In this document: positions 63,039-64,000 of the stretch, in pieces
How the letters are laid out: each line of letters begins with the position of its first letter
Numbering within the stretch: position 1 is the first letter of the stretch
Virus record (IMG/VR): IMGVR_UViG_3300045988_137040
Length of the DNA: 64,000 nt
Strand: one strand, 5' to 3'
Origin: a virus
The notes under the pieces: generated by a model
Database searches by the model: none
What the model was told of the DNA's origin: nothing
Seen by the model: only the letters and a program-made list of their open reading frames with translations
Program-made: the position numbers and the translations under genes

Positions 63039-63466
63039 AGATAGACGACCTGAAAGATAAGCTGCTCACATCAATAGACCTATGGGCAGACGCGAGAATA
63101 GACGACATGGTTAAGGGCAGTCCGATGTTGGCTATTCCGTCGGTTTACATGAAGCGAGCCGCGCACAACATGATAGCAAGGAAAAAGGACGCTTGGGGCA
63201 AGCAGCTGGACACTGCCTCCCTGTTCGTAGCAGACGAGAACGGCGAGATAAATGCGGACACCATCTTTGAGGACTTGACGCAGATGTTGAAGTCGATAGA
63301 GGACTATCACTTTGATCTTGGCATCCTGCATGGCCACATTGACAATGGTACGATATTTATTGACTTGCCAGATAACATAGTCACAACATTGCTGTTTGGC
63401 AGCAAGAAGAGTATTGGGATAGGAGAGAGCGACCTTGCGGAGCTGAAAAACCTTATCGTGAGCTAA
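63035..63466 (+). CDS. hypothetical protein (143 aa)
   Basis: ATGA start/stop overlap with the upstream gene. Confidence 0.5.
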   Translation: MKIDDLKDKLLTSIDLWADARIDDMVKGSPMLAIPSVYMKRAAHNMIARKKDAWGKQLDTASLFVADENGEINADTIFEDLTQMLKSIEDYHFDLGILHGHIDNGTIFIDLPDNIVTTLLFGSKKSIGIGESDLAELKNLIVS

Positions 63467-63502
63467 GTTGCCGTAACCCTTGGCTTGGCGATAGCGAGGT
63501 CT

Positions 63503-64000
63503 TTACTCACTCTTTTGCGCATCAGGTCGCTCGTCTGCGGCGATACCGATGTGGTCAATGCCTATATGAGAGCTCTGCACGTTCTGAATGTTTACGTTCA
63601 CACGCTTGGTAAGCTCCTCTTGACGATGCAATAATGTCGTGAACCTTTGCTTGAGGTCAGCAATATCGTGCTCGAGTGCATCCACCCTGTGCTGTAACTC
63701 TGCATAGGAAGGTATGGCGCCACGTCTTTTCGTCTTGCCTACGGGCCGGTTAGGGTCATTTAGAAACATGAAAGGAGAAAGGTTGAAAGCGTTGCAAGCC
63801 GTGAAGAAGTCGGTTACCTTGAATCGGGTTCGCAAAGCAAAACGCTCATGCGGCTTTTGTAAGCTGACGTTCATCGCCCCGGCCACATCTTTCCACTTAA
63901 TGCGCCCTTCGCCATCTCCAAAAGTTTGCTCTACGACTTTTTTGTTCCAAGAGATTTCATGCCACTCGTTTTGAGGAATAGTAGCACTTTCTCGGTTAGG
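63503..64000 (-). CDS. hypothetical protein; 5' end outside the window
   Basis: The track starts it at a GTG (63886). My translation shows the frame stays open to position 64000 (PNRESATIPQNEWHEISWNKKVVEQTFGDGEGRIKWKDVAGAMN...). Confidence 0.5.
   Translation of the reverse strand, partial: PNRESATIPQNEWHEISWNKKVVEQTFGDGEGRIKWKDVAGAMNVSLQKPHERFALRTRFKVTDFFTACNAFNLSPFMFLNDPNRPVGKTKRRGAIPSYAELQHRVDALEHDIADLKQRFTTLLHRQEELTKRVNVNIQNVQSSHIGIDHIGIAADERPDAQKSE

Overview
This 64-kb window is a tailed-phage genome segment that also carries plasmid-type maintenance genes, so it is a putative phage-plasmid. Expression signals look Bacteroidota-like: TAnnTTTG -7 boxes, no Shine-Dalgarno sequences, PcfJ/PcfK-type genes and a BspA-type LRR fibre. 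That taxonomic placement is an inference.

Layout:
- 1-19.1 kb, minus strand: about 32 tightly packed small early or accessory genes. They include a J-domain protein, ArdC, an ArdA-like protein, PcfJ-like and PcfK/AcrIIA9-like proteins, an HU-family protein and a run of tiny membrane proteins. The array is punctuated by a ~150-bp palindromic repeat family, three tRNA-like minihelices, a two-copy terminator module and a recombination-scar mini-ORF.
- 15.5-16.5 kb and 19.1-20.0 kb: two long non-coding control regions.
- 20.6-25.3 kb, minus strand: terminase large subunit, a candidate small subunit and three unknown genes.
- 25.4-30.3 kb, plus strand: parA, a small partner gene, a lipoprotein, an iteron array, a Rep_3-like initiator and a DnaA-N/AAA+ loader-like gene.
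- 30.5-55.1 kb, minus strand: a Stealth-family phosphotransferase, a 2983-aa tape measure protein, a portal candidate, a GH19 endolysin with membrane proteins, an LRR fibre, a 1642-aa fibre-like protein, and two paralogous chaperone-like genes.
- 55.3-63.5 kb, plus strand: two large structural-type genes and several small genes, one with an Xis/MerR-like HTH.

I saw no rRNA, canonical tRNA, CRISPR array, integrase, transposase or reverse transcriptase. All family assignments come from motif recognition by eye and need profile searches.
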